Shown here one piece after another: positions 62,002-64,000 of a stretch of 64,000 nt of DNA (the first letter of the stretch is position 1; each line of letters starts with the position of its first letter). The translations under genes were made by a program, and so were the position numbers. The stretch is from Aegotheles albertisi. Taxonomy: Eukaryota. The stretch spans positions 18,787,066 to 18,851,065 of the forward strand of contig CM078459.1 in NCBI GenBank assembly GCA_039906565.1. The letters run 5' to 3'. The notes under the pieces are model-generated. The model had not been told where the DNA came from and searched no databases. It saw only the letters and a program-made list of their open reading frames with translations.

Positions 62002-62883
62002 GTGTGTTTCACCTTCCAGTATCTTACACTGAAGACATATTCCCCATCCAGGCTCTGCTAATGGGAGAGGGAAGATGTTTGGGATATGGAATTAAGAAGG
62101 CTTAAAGAATCTCATCGATCTAAAAGTGGGGTTTTTTTCATTTGAAACTGAATATTGTTGCTACTCTCTGGTTAGGGAATTTTTTGTTAATTGACAAGTT
62201 TGCTTGTAGAATGTAAATTCATCTGAACTTAATTTCAGTTTTTTAATGAGACTATAAAAATTATGTATGGTCATTTATTTTGTTTATGACAACATAAACA
62301 ATGCCCTTTCCCTACCCACATGCATATTGTCTTGTCAGTGAGGCTGGGCACTACTCGATTCACCCTCCTGCTTTTTGTAGCAGATTTTTGCATGTTAATC
62401 ATTAAATTTGGTAAGATAAGAATACAGAAAAATTAACTGCAAGAAAGCAATGTATGACTTTTTTAACTGCTCAGTCAGTTTGAAAAAGAAGCATAAGAAT
62501 CTTTCTTGAAAACTAGTACCCTACTTACGGGAAATCTGTAGGTAAATTTTACAAAATCAGGTTAATTGTTTTTGATGTAAAATAGTTCAGATTTAGTTCT
62601 GATCTGGAATCTGGTTCTTGAGTGTCTTACTGGTTTACTTGTCTTCTTTGTGTGTTGATTCTCATCCAAGCAGTTAGTAATTTAATTTGGTAAGTGAGCT
62701 AGGGTTGTGTTTACAAATTTTACAATTTGACAATGAGGAATGATGTTTGCAGTGATTAAAAGATTAAAGTGTTTAAAAATTTACTTTTCCCAAGCACCAC
62801 CACTAGCATTTTTGTATAGTTTACACCAAAGTGATACACTTTAATGGGGAAATTAATCTTTCCTTTTTTTCCCTGCCTTTTAG

Positions 62884-63726
62884 AAGCTATCTCTAAACGA
62901 TGATGTATTTGAAGCAGAATCTGACAGTGACTGGCAAAGTGAAACAAAAGATGATGTTTCACCAAAGAAGAAAAAGAAAAAGTCAAAAGATGGAGAGGAT
63001 AGAAGTCCAGATGATCTGAAGAAGAAAAAGTCTAAGTCTGCAAAACTCAAAGAAAAATCCAGAACAGAATGTGAAAATTCTTCAGATACTTTGGTTTCGG
63101 ATTCAAAACCAAAAAAAAGGACTTCAGAAACCAAGGAGGATTCAAAGGACCCAAAGAAGCAAAGGAAAGAAGACACTAAAGACATCAAGAAAAAGAAGGG
63201 AGAAGTTAAAGATTCACAAACAAAATCTAAAGAAGACAAAAAGTCACGAAAGGAGAAGCAGGGGGATGTTCAGATTGACTCAGAATCAAGTACTTTAGAA
63301 GATATATTTTCTCAAGGACCTGATAATGAAAATTTAGACTTGAATTCTGAAAATAAAGATGAGAAGCAAAAGGTAATAAGTGGAGAAGAGAGATTGGAAC
63401 AAGAAATTGCTGAAAAAGATTCCATTGCTGATAGGCATCTTGATGGATCAGCAAGTAATGAAGATGACAGTATTGATGTTAAGGTTAAAAGAAAGAAGAA
63501 AAAAATTCAGAAAGCTGAAGGTTATAAAGAGGAAGGTAGAAAAGTAGAAACTCAAGATATCTATTTAGAGAAGCAAAGCATGTACAAAAAGCAAAAAGGT
63601 CAAGAAAAAGTAAAAATGGTACCAGGAGAATTGGAGAAAGTGTCACCTGCTCCTTCTCCAGTGCAGAAGGGTTTGAAGTTGAGCGCTGATGAAAGAGGAC
63701 GCAAGTCCACTGATTCAGCTGGGGAG
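62884..63726 (+). CDS. MPHOSPH8: MPHOSPH8 exon 3 (281 codons, Lys/Ser/Glu-rich): KLSLNDDVFEAESDSDWQSETKDDVSPKKKKKKSKDGEDRSPDDLKKKK...GLKLSADERGRKSTDSAGE
   Basis: Matches human MPP8 RLSLNNDVFEANSDSDQQSETKEDTSPKKKKKK...SPDDLKKKKAK... and ...PKGRRLSGEERGLWSTDSAEE. Acceptor cctgccttttag. Donor GAG|GTAAGC at 63727. The gene continues beyond the window. Confidence 0.88.
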
Positions 63727-64000
63727 GTAAGCAACGATAAGGCATTGGAATGGGGGTTAAGTCAAACATATTTGGGGTACAGATACATCAAAAGGCAACT
63801 GGTCATGATATCGAAGAGAAAAATACAAATTGAAAAGTTAATGAGCTAAAGAAAAGCCCACTGCACAGTGTATAGGAAAGATTGAAAAAAATCTGGATAC
63901 ACTATAAAGGAGGGAACACTTCAGGAGAGAAGAGTGTCTTTGAACATGAAAGTATGAATTTCTCCTGTATGTTAAGTGTACTTACTTAGAATGAAATTTA

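Noticed and set aside
63071-63298. ORF 63071..63298(+) (KILQILWFRIQNQKKG...) and minus ORF 62880..63239 overlapping MPHOSPH8 exon 3
   Set aside because: These are alternative frames of the A/G-rich Lys/Glu-coding exon. The MPHOSPH8 frame (62884..63726) has the orthology support.
63370-63376. AAG|GTAATA inside MPHOSPH8 exon 3 as a splice donor
   Set aside because: The reading frame continues uninterrupted with sequence that still aligns to human MPP8 (…RKKKKIQKAEG… / …RRKKKTPRKAED…), so the exon continues. The real donor is at 63727.
1-64000. Prokaryote-style content (operons, CRISPR arrays, defence islands, tRNA/rRNA genes)
   Set aside because: The sequence is unmistakably vertebrate nuclear DNA: long AT-rich introns with GT-AG boundaries, CpG islands, and CR1 LINEs. 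I saw no direct-repeat/spacer arrays, no tRNA cloverleaf candidates, and no rRNA-like conserved blocks.

Overview
This window is vertebrate (avian-type) nuclear DNA, not a prokaryotic locus. It contains spliced genes with GT-AG introns, two CpG islands and several CR1 LINE fragments carrying the diagnostic (ATTCTRTG)n tail. I reconstructed three genes by comparing the translated six-frame track with protein sequences recalled from memory. (1) The first coding exon of CENPJ/CPAP lies on the minus strand at 1774-2151; MPTAEDPSSEQNFIAHWMSSSSRAGVLL matches the human N-terminus [28 protein letters not shown]. (2) A complete PARP4 (vault PARP) lies on the plus strand: about 34 coding exons from the ATG at 9564 to the stop at 54439. 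They encode BRCT, PARP catalytic, VIT, vWA and C-terminal MVP-interaction regions, and every splice phase is internally consistent. (3) The first three coding exons of MPHOSPH8/MPP8 lie on the plus strand from the ATG at 57500 and cover the acidic N-terminus, the chromodomain and the start of the large Lys/Ser-rich exon. CENPJ and PARP4 diverge from a shared CpG island (about 3.3-4.5 kb) that carries a ZNF143/SBS-like motif. PARP4 ends about 3 kb upstream of the MPHOSPH8 CpG-island promoter. I found no novel biological system. The most interesting non-genic observations are: a perfect 35-bp-arm palindrome flanked by TA/TA, plausibly a Tc1/mariner-type MITE, in a PARP4 intron; a diverged tandem duplication around the large Pro-rich PARP4 exon, whose second copy lacks the exon; a probable GC-AG intron; and a 38-bp minisatellite that starts inside the donor site of one exon. 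All gene calls rest on remembered protein sequences and on splice-site and phase consistency. None was confirmed by a database search.
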